64,000 bases of DNA from Clostridia bacterium (GTDB lineage Bacteria; Bacillota; Clostridia; Oscillospirales; CAG-272). A program made the translations under genes and the position numbers. The stretch lies in assembly GCA_017625915.1 (NCBI GenBank), contig JAGAJV010000038.1:5471-69470 (forward strand), written 5' to 3'. Numbering within the stretch: position 1 is the stretch's first letter; the number at the start of each line of letters is the position of its first letter. A model generated the notes under the pieces. The model did not search any database, had not been told where the DNA came from, and saw only the letters and a program-made list of their open reading frames with translations. Below, piece by piece: positions 1 to 9,425 of the stretch.

Positions 1-2295
1 ACTAGCTTTTGCAACTGTAACAAGTGCGGTGTAAAGCGTCATATAAGCACTAATTTTATCGTCAGTTAAACCTTGTACCCAGTATCTTTCGCGTCCACGT
101 CTTACATACCAGTTAGAAAGCTCGTCAACAAAGCTATCAAGTGCTTTTGCTGCTTCTGGAATTTTGTAATTTTCAAGGCAAGAATCAACTTCCTTAATCA
201 TAGAGTTCATTCTGGAAAGAAGCCATTTATCCATTACGGAAAGCTTACAATCCTTTAATGAATACTTGCTTGGGTCAAATTTATCAATGTTTGCATATAG
301 AACATAGAACGCATATGTGTTCCAAAGAGTACCCATGAACTTTCTTTGTCCTTCAATAACCGCCTTACCGTGGAAACGGTTTGGAAGCCAAGGAGCAGAG
401 TTTGTGTAAAAGTACCATCTAATAGCATCAGCACCATATGATTCAAGTGCTTCAAATGGGTCAACTGCATTACCCTTTGACTTGGACATTTTTTGTCCAT
501 TTTCATCTTGAACATGTCCGAGGACAATTACATTCTTATATGGAGCCTTATCAAAAATGAGTGTTGAAATTGCAAGCAAAGAATAGAACCAGCCTCTTGT
601 TTGGTCTACAGCCTCGGAAATAAAGTCAGCGGGGAATTGACTATCAAATAAATCCTTGTTTTCAAATGGATAGTGATGCTGCGCAAAAGGCATAGCTCCA
701 GAGTCAAACCAACAGTCAATAACCTCGGGCACGCGCTTCATTTGACCGCCACATTTTTCACATTTGATAGTTACATTATCAACAAATGGTCTATGGAGCT
801 CAATATTGTCAGGACAATTATCAGACATTGACTTTAATTCTTCAATCGAACCAATAGAATGTCTGTGACCGCATTCGCATTCCCAGATATTAAGAGGAGT
901 ACCCCAATATCTGTTACGGCTAAGTCCCCAGTCCTGAACATTTGCAATCCAAGAGCCGAAGCGTCCTTTACCGATAGATTCTGGGATCCAGTTAATTGTA
1001 TTGTTATTTTTAATTAGATTGTCACGAACTGCGCTCATCTTGATAAACCAAGATTCTCTTGCATAGTAAATTAGTGGTGAATCACATCTCCAACAGAATG
1101 GGTAATCGTGCTCAAACTTAGGAGCATCAAATAGCTTTCCTTCCTTTGAAAGATCTTGTAAAATAACAGGATCGGCCTTTTTAACAAACATATCAGCATA
1201 AGGTGTTTCCTTAGTCATTTCACCCTTTGCATTTACAAACTGTACAAATGGTAAATCATAATTTCTACCTACACGAGAGTCATCCTCACCAAATGCAGGA
1301 GCAATATGAACGATACCTGTACCATCTTCCATAGTTACATAACCATCGCATGTGACAAAGTGAGCTTTTTTATTTTGCTTTTTAGCACTTTCGCCTGCGC
1401 AAGCAAATAATGGCTCGTATTCTTTATACTCTAATTCCTTGCCCTTATAGGTTTCAAAAATTTCATATGCCTTTTGTCCCTCTTCCTTAGCTAAAGGTGA
1501 GAGAACCTTATCAAGAAGAGCCTTAGCCATATAATAGGTGTAACCGTCAGCTGCCTTTACCTTGCAATAATCCTCGTCGGGGTTTACACAAAGCGCTACG
1601 TTAGAAGGTAAAGTCCATGGAGTTGTTGTCCAAACTAGGAAATATGCATCCTCGTTTACAATTTTAAATCTTGCAATAGCAGAGCGCTCCTTAACAGACT
1701 TATAGCCCTGTGCAACCTCATGAGAGGATAAAGGAGTACCACAGCGTGGGCAATAAGGAACAATCTTAAAGCCCTTATAAAGAAGTCCCTTATCCCAAAT
1801 TTGCTTTAGTGCCCACCATTCGGATTCAATAAAGTTGTTGCTATATGTTACATAAGGGTTATCCATATCAGCCCAGAAGCCAACAGTTGAGGAGAAGTCC
1901 TCCCACATTCCTTTATATTTCCAAACACTTTCCTTGCACTTTGCAATAAATGGGTCAAGACCATACTCTTCAATTTGCTCCTTGCCATCAAGACCAAGTA
2001 GCTTTTCAACTTCTAATTCAACCGGAAGACCATGTGTATCCCATCCAGCTTTTCTTGGCACCATATAGCCCTTCATCGTTCTATATCTTGGAATCATATC
2101 CTTAATAACACGAGTTAGAACGTGTCCAATATGAGGCTTACCGTTTGCAGTTGGAGGACCATCATAAAAAGTGTAAGAAGGACAGTTTTCACGCATTTTT
2201 ATACTTTTTTCAAAAATAGCATTATCCTTCCAAAATTGTTCAGTTGCTTTTTCTCTTTCAACAAAGTTTAGATTAGTAGAAACCTTATCGTACAT
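1..2295 (-). CDS. ileS: Isoleucyl-tRNA synthetase, type 2 (5' ~765 codons; 3' end runs off the window)
   Basis: Absent from the ORF track because its stop lies beyond position 1. Reverse translation from ATG 2295-2293 reads [25 protein letters not shown]...[13 protein letters not shown] (HIGH), CPRCGT zinc knuckle, KMSKSKGN (KMSKS). My spot translations of the 5' end and of roughly positions 1-530 were stop-free, but I did not translate the whole frame. SD AAAGGA lies upstream. Confidence 0.9.
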   Translation of the reverse strand, partial: MYDKVSTNLNFVEREKATEQFWKDNAIFEKSIKMRENCPSYTFYDGPPTANGKPHIGHVLTRVIKDMIPRYRTMKGYMVPRKAGWDTHGLPVELEVEKLLGLDGKEQIEEYGLDPFIAKCKESVWKYKGMWEDFSSTVGFWADMDNPYVTYSNNFIESEWWALKQIWDKGLLYKGFKIVPYCPRCGTPLSSHEVAQGYKSVKERSAIARFKIVNEDAYFLVWTTTPWTLPSNVALCVNPDEDYCKVKAADGYTYYMAKALLDKVLSPLAKEEGQKAYEIFETYKGKELEYKEYEPLFACAGESAKKQNKKAHFVTCDGYVTMEDGTGIVHIAPAFGEDDSRVGRNYDLPFVQFVNAKGEMTKETPYADMFVKKADPVILQDLSKEGKLFDAPKFEHDYPFCWRCDSPLIYYARESWFIKMSAVRDNLIKNNNTINWIPESIGKGRFGSWIANVQDWGLSRNRYWGTPLNIWECECGHRHSIGSIEELKSMSDNCPDNIELHRPFVDNVTIKCEKCGGQMKRVPEVIDCWFDSGAMPFAQHHYPFENKDLFDSQFPADFISEAVDQTRGWFYSLLAISTLIFDKAPYKNVIVLGHVQDENGQKMSKSKGNAVDPFEALESYGADAIRWYFYTNSAPWLPNRFHGKAVIEGQRKFMGTLWNTYAFYVLYANIDKFDPSKYSLKDCKLSVMDKWLLSRMNSMIKEVDSCLENYKIPEAAKALDSFVDELSNWYVRRGRERYWVQGLTDDKISAYMTLYTALVTVAKAS

Positions 2296-2322
2296 TTTTA
2301 AAAATCCTTTCTTGATTAAAAT

Positions 2323-2355
2323 GAAAAATCCCTTCTTGTATGTACAAGAAGGGAT
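2323..2355 (-). terminator. Intrinsic terminator ending the ileS leader
   Basis: On the minus strand ATCCCTTCTTGTA / TACAAGAAGGGAT forms a near-perfect hairpin followed by TTTTT. It lies about 30 nt upstream of the ileS SD. Confidence 0.75.
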
Positions 2356-2555
2356 AAAAATTAACTCATCACTTGTCAACATACATTACAATATGTGTCT
2401 CATATAACGGTGAGATGCCGTCAACGGCTACTAATTTCGCCGTGAAGCTCTGGAGTGATATTCACATATTGACTACTCGTATCGGTCTTACACCATCACC
2501 GACTCGCTAAAACCTTTTATCAATAGCTACTGTCTCCTTCGTAGCATTTATACAA
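2356..2555 (-). promoter_or_regulatory. T-box-like leader (Stem I recognisable, candidate Ile specifier ATC)
   Basis: Minus strand shows GAAGGAGACAGTAGC (AGAGA/AGTA-like box) and TTAGCGAGTCGGT-GATGGTGTAAG-ACCGATACGAGTAGTC (AGCGA, distal loop and AG-bulge pattern like glyQS Stem I). The stem TATTGA/TCAATA is followed by GTGAATATCAC, which contains ATC followed by A. The canonical GGGTGGTACCGCG T-box was not seen; only AAATTAGTAGCCGTTGACGG resembles it. Confidence 0.55.
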
Positions 2556-2560
2556 TATTG

Positions 2561-2589
2561 ATTTTAACACTAACTTTTTTATTTGTCAA
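2561..2589 (-). promoter_or_regulatory. Sigma-A type promoter for the ileS leader
   Basis: Minus strand TTGACA (2589-2584), 17-nt spacer, TAAAAT (2566-2561). Confidence 0.6.
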
Positions 2590-2591
2590 CC

Positions 2592-3983
2592 TTAAAATCT
2601 TAATTTTTCTTCAATATAATTCTTGAGCTCGCTAATTGGAAGTCTTACTTGCTCCATTGTATCTCTATCACGAACAGTTACGCAGCCATCAGTCTCAGAC
2701 TCAAAGTCGTAAGTGATGCAGAATGGCGTACCGATTTCGTCTTGTCTTCTATATCTTTTACCGATAGAGCCTGTTTCATCAAAGTCAACATTGAAATACT
2801 TTGAAAGATTTTCATATATTTCAGAAGCCTTATCGGAAAGCTTTTTAGAAAGTGGAAGAATAGCGGCCTTTACAGGAGCTAGGGCAGGGTGAAAGTGAAG
2901 AACTGTACGAACATCGTTTTCACCAACAACCTCTTCGTCGTAAGCCTCAACTAAGAATGCAAGAGTTACTCTATCAGCACCGAGTGATGGCTCAATAACA
3001 TATGGAACATATTTTTCGTTTGTTTCAGCATCAAAGTATTCCATGTTTTCACCTGAAAGATTAGCGTGCTGTGTTAAGTCGTAATCTGTACGGTCAGCAA
3101 TGCCCCAAAGCTCGCCCCAACCGAATGGAAATAGGTATTCAAAGTCAGTTGTAGCCTTAGAATAGAAGCAAAGCTCTTCGGGATCATGGTCACGAAGTCT
3201 AAGATTTTCCTTCTTCATACCAAGATTATATAGGAAGTTAGCACAATAGTCCTTCCAATAAGCAAACCATTCAAGGTCAGTTCCGGGCTTACAGAAGAAT
3301 TCAAGCTCCATTTGCTCAAACTCACGAATACGGAAAATAAAGTTACCTGGGGTAATTTCATTTCTAAAGGACTTACCAATTTGACCAACACCAAACGGAA
3401 GCTTCTTTCTTGTTGTTCTTGCAATATTTTTAAAGTTTACAAAAATACCTTGTGCAGTTTCTGGACGAAGATATAATTCAGATGAGGAATCCTCTGTTAC
3501 GCCTTGGAATGTCTTATACATAAGGTTAAACTTTCTAATGTCAGTAAAGTCACCACTACCGCAAGAAGGGCAAACAATCTTCTTATCCTTTATAAAAGAG
3601 AACATTTCCTCGTTGGACATTGTAGCTGGATTTGTGCTATCGTTATTTTCGGCAGCCCAATCCTCGATTAGCTTGTCTGCACGATGTCTTGTCTTACATT
3701 GCTTACAGTCCATAAGTGGGTCAGAGAAGCCGCCAACATGTCCTGATGCTACCCAAACCTGTGGATTCATTAAAATTGCGCTATCAAGACCTACATTGTA
3801 TTTTGATTCTCTTACAAACTTTTTCCACCAAGCTCTTTTAATGTTGTTTTTAAATTCAACGCCTAAAGGACCAAAATCCCAAGAGTTAGCAAGACCACCA
3901 TAAATTTCAGAGCCAGGATAAACGAAGCCTCTTGTTTTGCATAAAGCAACAACCTTTTCCATTGTCTTTTCAGTATTGTTCAT
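2592..3983 (-). CDS. glyQS: Glycyl-tRNA synthetase (alpha2 class II type)
   Basis: Track ORF 2592..4019. I prefer the start at Met13 ([41 protein letters not shown]), preceded by AAAGGA. Full-length GlyRS-like sequence. Short leader with TTGAAA/TATAAT promoter and no T-box visible. Confidence 0.9.
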   Translation of the reverse strand: MNNTEKTMEKVVALCKTRGFVYPGSEIYGGLANSWDFGPLGVEFKNNIKRAWWKKFVRESKYNVGLDSAILMNPQVWVASGHVGGFSDPLMDCKQCKTRHRADKLIEDWAAENNDSTNPATMSNEEMFSFIKDKKIVCPSCGSGDFTDIRKFNLMYKTFQGVTEDSSSELYLRPETAQGIFVNFKNIARTTRKKLPFGVGQIGKSFRNEITPGNFIFRIREFEQMELEFFCKPGTDLEWFAYWKDYCANFLYNLGMKKENLRLRDHDPEELCFYSKATTDFEYLFPFGWGELWGIADRTDYDLTQHANLSGENMEYFDAETNEKYVPYVIEPSLGADRVTLAFLVEAYDEEVVGENDVRTVLHFHPALAPVKAAILPLSKKLSDKASEIYENLSKYFNVDFDETGSIGKRYRRQDEIGTPFCITYDFESETDGCVTVRDRDTMEQVRLPISELKNYIEEKLRF

Positions 3984-4202
3984 ATCTAAAATCCTTTCAT
4001 AATGAAGAAAAATTAACAAAAATATTTATTTCATATATTATATATTAAAACTTGTATAATTTCAAGTATTATTTAGAAAAATATTAAATAATAAAAAGAA
4101 AATAAAAAAATTAAAAAAACTATTGATTTTTCAAAAAATGTTTGATATAATAACTTTCGATATTTATTTTTTATGCCAAACCGACTAAAAGGGGAGAGTT
4201 TT

Positions 4203-4466
4203 ATGTTATCACGCGATATTACAATTGTAAATGATGTTGGCTTGCACGCAAGACCTGCTACCTTCTTCATTCAAAAGGCAAATTCTTATAAGGCATCTAT
4301 TTGGATCGAAAAGGAAGATAGAAGAGTAAATGCTAAAAGCTTACTCGGTGTTCTTTCTATGGGGATTGTAAAGGGTACTGTTTTAACTGTTATAGCTGAT
4401 GGTGAAGACGAGGCTGAAGCTATTGATGGTCTTGAAAAGCTTATTACTTATGAGTTAAACGACTAA
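4203..4466 (+). CDS. ptsH: Phosphocarrier protein HPr
   Basis: MLSRDITIVNDVGLHARPA (His15 site) and NAKSLLGVLSMG (Ser46 site). SD AAAGGGGAGAG lies before ATG 4203, internal to track ORF 4173..4466. Confidence 0.88.
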   Translation: MLSRDITIVNDVGLHARPATFFIQKANSYKASIWIEKEDRRVNAKSLLGVLSMGIVKGTVLTVIADGEDEAEAIDGLEKLITYELND

Positions 4467-4534
4467 TTTTACATATGATTTGGCGATAGTCTTAGACTGT
4501 CGCCTATTTAATTATTTTGGGAAGGAGATATACG

Positions 4535-6379
4535 ATGACCAACGAAAAACTTGAGTATCTAAGAAAAAAAGCTTCACAGCTACCTCGTGCGCCTGGTGTT
4601 TACATGATGAAGGATAGAAATGGCAAAATAATATATGTTGGTAAATCTCGCTCCTTGAAGGATAGGGTATCACAATATTTTCATCTTTCAACCGATGCTA
4701 ATATGAAAACAAAAAGAATGGTATCCTTAGTTGATGATTTTGAAACTATTTTTTGCGATACTGAAATTGAAGCATTAGCTCTTGAAAATGTTAAAATAAA
4801 GCAATATACACCAAAATATAATATTCTTTTAAAGGATTCAAAATCTTATCCATATATTAAGCTTACCATGAATGAAGCATATCCTAGAATCAGCATGACT
4901 AGAAAAAGATTAAGCGATGGGGCAAAGTATTACGGACCTTATTCAGGAATGTCCGTTGTTTTTGGCGTAATTGGGACGCTTGAAAGGTCGTTAGGTATCC
5001 CTATGTGCAAAAGAAGCTTTCCCAGAGATATCGGCAAGGAAAGGCCTTGCATATATAAACAAATAGGAAGATGCGTCGCTCCTTGCGATAACACTATTTC
5101 ACAAGAAGACTATTATAAAGTAATGCAATGCGCTTCAAATGTACTTAGAGGTAACATAAAGGAAGCAGTTGACAATTTAACTAATCAAATGCTTGCTTAT
5201 GCCGAAAAAGAGAGATTTGAGGACGCAGCAAGATGTCGAGATAGCATTGAGGCATTAAAAAGATTAAGAGACGGTCAAAAGGTGGTTGGCTCACCTGATG
5301 ATGAGTTTGATATAATAGCTACCTACTCTGATGATCTTTCGACAAGTATATCTTTATTTTATATTCGTTCAGGTGTTATTTCCGACAGTGATACATATGT
5401 TTATGGTGCGTCTGAGATTGCAACAAGCGACGACTTTGAATATATGTCTCATTTTATAACAGACTTGTATTCAAAAAGAGAATATATACCGAGTGAAATA
5501 TTACTAGGCTTTGATTTTGATGATGGGGAACTATCTTTAGTTCAAGAATATTTAAGAAGCATTTCCAAAAGAGCTATAAAGATAAGAATACCTAAAAAAG
5601 GTGATACAAAAAAGCTTTGTGAAATGGTAACTAAAAATGCAGAAGAGCAAGCTAAGCAGTATAAGAACAAAATGGAGCAAGACAACAAGGTTTTAGTTAA
5701 GCTTTCAAGAATGCTATCACTTGACATTGTTCCTAATAGAATCGAGTCCTATGATATTTCCAATCTTGGAAATGAGCACATTACAGCGGGAATGATTGTT
5801 TATGAGGATGGAAAGCTTTTAAAAAGCGATTACAGAGTGTTCAAAATTAAAAATCAAAACGGAGCAGACGATTATTCTGCAATGCGAGAAACACTTAAAA
5901 GGCGAATCGAGCATTTGTCTGATAAAACAGGAAGCTTTTCAAAAATGCCTGACCTTATTTTACTTGACGGTGGAATGACGCATGTTAGTGCAGTTAAGGA
6001 CATATTCAAGGAAATGAATATAGATATTCCTGTATTTGGTATGGTAAAGGATGAACATCATAAAACAAGAACATTAGTGACAGAAAGCCAAGAAATAAGT
6101 ATAGCAAAGGAGCAATCAGTTTTTGTATTTGTTTATAAGCTACAGGAAGAAGTTCACCGTTTTTCTGTTTCTAAAATGGATAATGCAAAAAGAAAAACCT
6201 TAAGGCATTCGTCACTTGAAAACATAAAAGGAATAGGTAGCAAAAAAGCCAAAGTAGTTTTGTCACACTTTAAAACATTAAGTGCATTAAGAGAAGCAAG
6301 CATTGATGAGATTGCAAAGGTCAAAGGAATAAGCAAAACTGATGCTGAAAAAATATTAGAATATTTAAAGGGAAATTAA
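4535..6379 (+). CDS. uvrC: Excinuclease ABC subunit C
   Basis: GIY-YIG N-terminus (GVYMMKDRNGKIIYVGKS), UvrC length, C-terminal HhH. SD GGAAGGAGA before ATG 4535. Confidence 0.92.
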   Translation: MTNEKLEYLRKKASQLPRAPGVYMMKDRNGKIIYVGKSRSLKDRVSQYFHLSTDANMKTKRMVSLVDDFETIFCDTEIEALALENVKIKQYTPKYNILLKDSKSYPYIKLTMNEAYPRISMTRKRLSDGAKYYGPYSGMSVVFGVIGTLERSLGIPMCKRSFPRDIGKERPCIYKQIGRCVAPCDNTISQEDYYKVMQCASNVLRGNIKEAVDNLTNQMLAYAEKERFEDAARCRDSIEALKRLRDGQKVVGSPDDEFDIIATYSDDLSTSISLFYIRSGVISDSDTYVYGASEIATSDDFEYMSHFITDLYSKREYIPSEILLGFDFDDGELSLVQEYLRSISKRAIKIRIPKKGDTKKLCEMVTKNAEEQAKQYKNKMEQDNKVLVKLSRMLSLDIVPNRIESYDISNLGNEHITAGMIVYEDGKLLKSDYRVFKIKNQNGADDYSAMRETLKRRIEHLSDKTGSFSKMPDLILLDGGMTHVSAVKDIFKEMNIDIPVFGMVKDEHHKTRTLVTESQEISIAKEQSVFVFVYKLQEEVHRFSVSKMDNAKRKTLRHSSLENIKGIGSKKAKVVLSHFKTLSALREASIDEIAKVKGISKTDAEKILEYLKGN

Positions 6380-6380
6380 A

Positions 6381-6947
6381 ATGAGAATTATAACAGGCAG
6401 TGCAAAAGGAATGAATTTAGAAACTCTTGAGGGAGAAATTACAAGACCAACCTCACAAAGAGTAAAGGAAGCAGTATTTTCTATGCTCCAATTTGATATT
6501 GAGGGCGCTATGGTGCTAGACTTATTTGCCGGAAGTGGTCAATTGGGGCTTGAAGCATTAAGCAGAGGCGCAAAAAAAGCAACATTTTCTGATGTATCAC
6601 GTGATGCAACTGACATTGTAATTAGAAATGCTAAAAAAGCGAGATTGTTTGAAAAATGCAGAATTTCAACCTGTGATTATAAGCAAATGATACAAGGAAT
6701 TGCAGGTAAGGAAAAATATGATATAGTCTTTATTGACCCACCATATAAGGACGGAGTGATCGCCGATGTGCTTGAGCTTCTATGTAAGGCAAATGCGTTA
6801 AATAATGGCGCTTTTGTCGTTTGTGAGAGTGGCAAAGATGATATTTTTGAAAACAAAGAGGAGCTAAAGCGAAAATTTGAAATTCAAAAGCAATCAAGAT
6901 ATTCAATATCATATATCACAATATTAAGACCTATCTTGGAGGATTAA
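6381..6947 (+). CDS. rsmD: 16S rRNA (guanine966-N2)-methyltransferase
   Basis: LDLFAGSGQLGLEALSRGA SAM motif and DPPY motif; conserved position upstream of coaD. Confidence 0.85.
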   Translation: MRIITGSAKGMNLETLEGEITRPTSQRVKEAVFSMLQFDIEGAMVLDLFAGSGQLGLEALSRGAKKATFSDVSRDATDIVIRNAKKARLFEKCRISTCDYKQMIQGIAGKEKYDIVFIDPPYKDGVIADVLELLCKANALNNGAFVVCESGKDDIFENKEELKRKFEIQKQSRYSISYITILRPILED

Positions 6948-6948
6948 A

Positions 6949-7434
6949 ATGAACGCAATAGTAACAGGAAGCTTTGACCCAATGACAATTGGACATTGTG
7001 AGCTTGTAAGACAGGCTTCGGAAAAATTTGATATGGTTTATGTTGTTGCACTTGTAAATGCAAACAAAAAGCATATGTTTACCTTGGAGCAACGTAAGCA
7101 AATAATTGAATTGTCGGTTGGTGAATACGAAAATGTAGTAGCAGATGCATACGATGGATTAACTGTTGATTATATGCATAAAATGAATATTACACAAATT
7201 ATTCGAGGAATAAAAAATGAACAGGAAATAGAGTATGAAAAAAATCTCGCTAATATAATGAAGGAATACGACAGTGGCTTTGAAACAACATTTTTAGTGT
7301 GTGACGAGAAATTCAGCGAAATTAGCTCAACTCTAGTAAGAGATTTATTAAATAATGGCGAAAGCATAGAAAATTATGTGCACAAAAACGCATTAGAAAA
7401 AATCAACGAAATGTATATACAAAATCAAAATTAA
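6949..7434 (+). CDS. coaD: Phosphopantetheine adenylyltransferase
   Basis: TGSFDPMTIGH nucleotidyltransferase motif, ~160 aa, SD GGAGG. Confidence 0.9.
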   Translation: MNAIVTGSFDPMTIGHCELVRQASEKFDMVYVVALVNANKKHMFTLEQRKQIIELSVGEYENVVADAYDGLTVDYMHKMNITQIIRGIKNEQEIEYEKNLANIMKEYDSGFETTFLVCDEKFSEISSTLVRDLLNNGESIENYVHKNALEKINEMYIQNQN

Positions 7435-7453
7435 CGAAAAATTCATAATTCAA

Positions 7454-7486
7454 AGAGCCTATTATAAAAGATAGGTTCTTTTTTTG
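7454..7486 (+). terminator. Intrinsic terminator after coaD
   Basis: AGAGCCTAT...ATAGGTTCT hairpin followed by a T-run. Confidence 0.7.
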
Positions 7487-7555
7487 CAAAAAAATAAATA
7501 TATGTAACTATTTTGGAAAAAATTACAAAAATATAAAGAAATTTTAAAAAAGATA

Positions 7556-7584
7556 TTGATTTTTTTAAAAGCATAGTATATAAT
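7556..7584 (+). promoter_or_regulatory. dcw (mraZ) promoter
   Basis: TTGATT (7556-7561), 17-nt spacer, TATAAT (7579-7584). Confidence 0.6.
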
Positions 7585-7593
7585 AAAAACATC

Positions 7594-7631
7594 AAAGTGG
7601 TGAAAAGTGGTTAACTTGAACATTAAAGTGG
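7594..7631 (+). promoter_or_regulatory. Putative MraZ operator: three AAAGTGG direct repeats
   Basis: AAAGTGG at 7594-7600, 7604-7610 and 7625-7631 (offsets 10 and 21 nt), between the -10 element and the mraZ SD. Confidence 0.6.
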
Positions 7632-7650
7632 AGTTTAAAGGAGAAAATCA

Positions 7651-8076
7651 ATGCTTTACGGTCGTTATGAGCATACAATTGATGCAAAAAATAGAGTATT
7701 CATACCCGCAAAGTATAAGGATGCTCTTGGAAATAGCTTTAAAATCACATATAACAAGCTTATGAATCAATGTATTTTAGTATATTCTGACTTAGAATGG
7801 GAGGAATTACAAAAGAAGGTTTCTAAGCTCCCCACTTTACAATATCAATATTTTATCCGTGAAATATGTTCAAACACAGTCGATGTTCAGCTTGATTCAC
7901 AAGGACGAATTGTTTTACCACAGTTCTTAAAGGATAGAGCAGGACTTGAAAAAAATGCGCTGTTTTTAGGTGTAGGTAACCATCTTGAAATTTGGTCACC
8001 AGAAATCCTCGATGAAAAGAATAAGGAAGTTGATATCGAGGAACTAACTAGAATGATGATGGAAATAGGCTTCTAA
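7651..8076 (+). CDS. mraZ: Transcriptional regulator MraZ
   Basis: MLYGRYEHTIDAKNRVFIPAKY; duplicated DxxxR/SpoVT-AbrB-like halves; first gene of the dcw cluster. Confidence 0.92.
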   Translation: MLYGRYEHTIDAKNRVFIPAKYKDALGNSFKITYNKLMNQCILVYSDLEWEELQKKVSKLPTLQYQYFIREICSNTVDVQLDSQGRIVLPQFLKDRAGLEKNALFLGVGNHLEIWSPEILDEKNKEVDIEELTRMMMEIGF

Positions 8077-8086
8077 GGAGTATAAA

Positions 8087-9022
8087 ATGGAGTTTTCGCA
8101 TTTTCCTGTAATGCTAAATGAGTGCATTGAGGGCTTGAATATAAAAGAAGACGGAATATATGTAGATGGTACAGCAGGTGGTGGAAATCATTCTGAAGCT
8201 ATTTTGAAAAGACTCACAACAGGAAAGCTTATTTCAATCGATCAGGATGACGAAGCAATCGAAGCATGTACAAAAAGGTTTGAGAGCTATAAGGAGCGTT
8301 CAATTCTAGTGAAAAGCAATTTCTCTGAGCTTGGACGCATACTTGAAGATTTAAATATTGACCATATCGACGGTGTGTTATTAGATTTAGGTGTCTCCTC
8401 TCACCAGCTAGACACACCAGCGCGTGGGTTCTCGTATAATAGTGACGCAAAGCTTGATATGCGTATGAACCCACGCTCCCCTTTCTCTGCATATGAGCTA
8501 GTAAATACATATTCTGAATTTGATTTGAAGAGAGTAATAAGAGATTATGGCGAGGAAAAATTTGCTTCTCAAATCGCTCGAAAAATAATTAGTGCAAGAG
8601 AAAAAGAGCCAATTGAAACAACCTTTGAATTAGCAAGCATTATAAAAAGTGCAATTCCAGTAGCTGCAGCTAAAAAAGAGGCTCAGCATCCTGCCAAAAG
8701 AACCTTTCAAGCTTTAAGAATAGAAGTAAATAAAGAGCTTGATGTAATAAGACCCGCAATTGATTCAGCAGTTGCAAAAATGAACGAGGGAGGAAGAATA
8801 GTAATACTAACCTTCCATTCACTTGAGGACAGAATAGTAAAAACAGCATTTAATGAATTTTCACAAGGCTGTACCTGTCCAAAGGATTTCCCAATTTGTG
8901 TATGTGGAAATAAGCCTAAAATAAAGATAGTTAATAAAAAACCTATAATAGCCACTGAGGACGAGCTTAATATTAATTCTCGCTCCAAATGTGCAAAACT
9001 GAGAGTAGCAGAAAAAATCTGA
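8087..9022 (+). CDS. rsmH: 16S rRNA (cytosine1402-N4)-methyltransferase
   Basis: HFPVMLNE...YVDGTAGGGNHS...DLGVSSHQLD motifs; position after mraZ. Confidence 0.92.
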   Translation: MEFSHFPVMLNECIEGLNIKEDGIYVDGTAGGGNHSEAILKRLTTGKLISIDQDDEAIEACTKRFESYKERSILVKSNFSELGRILEDLNIDHIDGVLLDLGVSSHQLDTPARGFSYNSDAKLDMRMNPRSPFSAYELVNTYSEFDLKRVIRDYGEEKFASQIARKIISAREKEPIETTFELASIIKSAIPVAAAKKEAQHPAKRTFQALRIEVNKELDVIRPAIDSAVAKMNEGGRIVILTFHSLEDRIVKTAFNEFSQGCTCPKDFPICVCGNKPKIKIVNKKPIIATEDELNINSRSKCAKLRVAEKI

Positions 9023-9035
9023 AAGGAGTTTGGTT

Positions 9036-9332
9036 ATGTACGGTACAACAATGAAGAATTATAGTTCTTCTAAGTCCCATAAGAAAGATAGGACAAGCAT
9101 TTATCAAATGAAAAATGCAAAGAAAACTAAAGCAACACATAAAGATAATACACCTAAAACTAGATATATGAAAATCAACGAAAGAAGAGTTGAGCCTAAA
9201 ACTGAAACAACATCATCGTATGAAATTGTTAAGGAAGACTTTTCAAGAAAGGAATTCCCAATTGCATCAGTAATATTTACAGCAATTGCAACAATGGTTT
9301 TACTTCTATTAACTACAGGCGTGATAGGATAA
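9036..9332 (+). CDS. Small basic tail-anchored membrane protein in the ftsL position
   Basis: ATG 9036 after GAAAGGAG. Lys/Thr-rich N-terminal region, then a single C-terminal TM (IASVIFTAIATMVLLLLTTGVIG) ending at the stop. There is no extracytoplasmic coiled-coil domain. Confidence 0.6.
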   Translation: MYGTTMKNYSSSKSHKKDRTSIYQMKNAKKTKATHKDNTPKTRYMKINERRVEPKTETTSSYEIVKEDFSRKEFPIASVIFTAIATMVLLLLTTGVIG

Positions 9333-9346
9333 TACAATAACATAAA

Positions 9347-9378
9347 AGACCGCATTAAAAAATGCGAGTCTTTTTTTG
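9347..9378 (+). terminator. Hairpin plus T-run inside the dcw cluster (terminator or attenuator)
   Basis: AGACCGCAT...ATGCGAGTCT (one bulge) followed by TTTTTTT, between the ftsL-slot gene and the PBP gene. Confidence 0.55.
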
Positions 9379-9425
9379 TTTTATACTTAATATATTTAAT
9401 ATGTAAAGAACTAAAAGAGGTGAGT

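Noticed and set aside
73-527. Two small track ORFs (73..258 plus strand, 255..527 minus strand) at the window start
   Set aside because: Both lie inside the ileS coding region. The 255..527 ORF is simply an internal Met-to-stop piece of another frame, while the true ileS frame is open across the region and carries KMSKS.
3215-3903. Track ORFs 3215..3424 (minus strand) and 3538..3903 (plus strand) within glyQS
   Set aside because: They are overlapping or antisense to the full-length GlyRS frame and have no independent signals.
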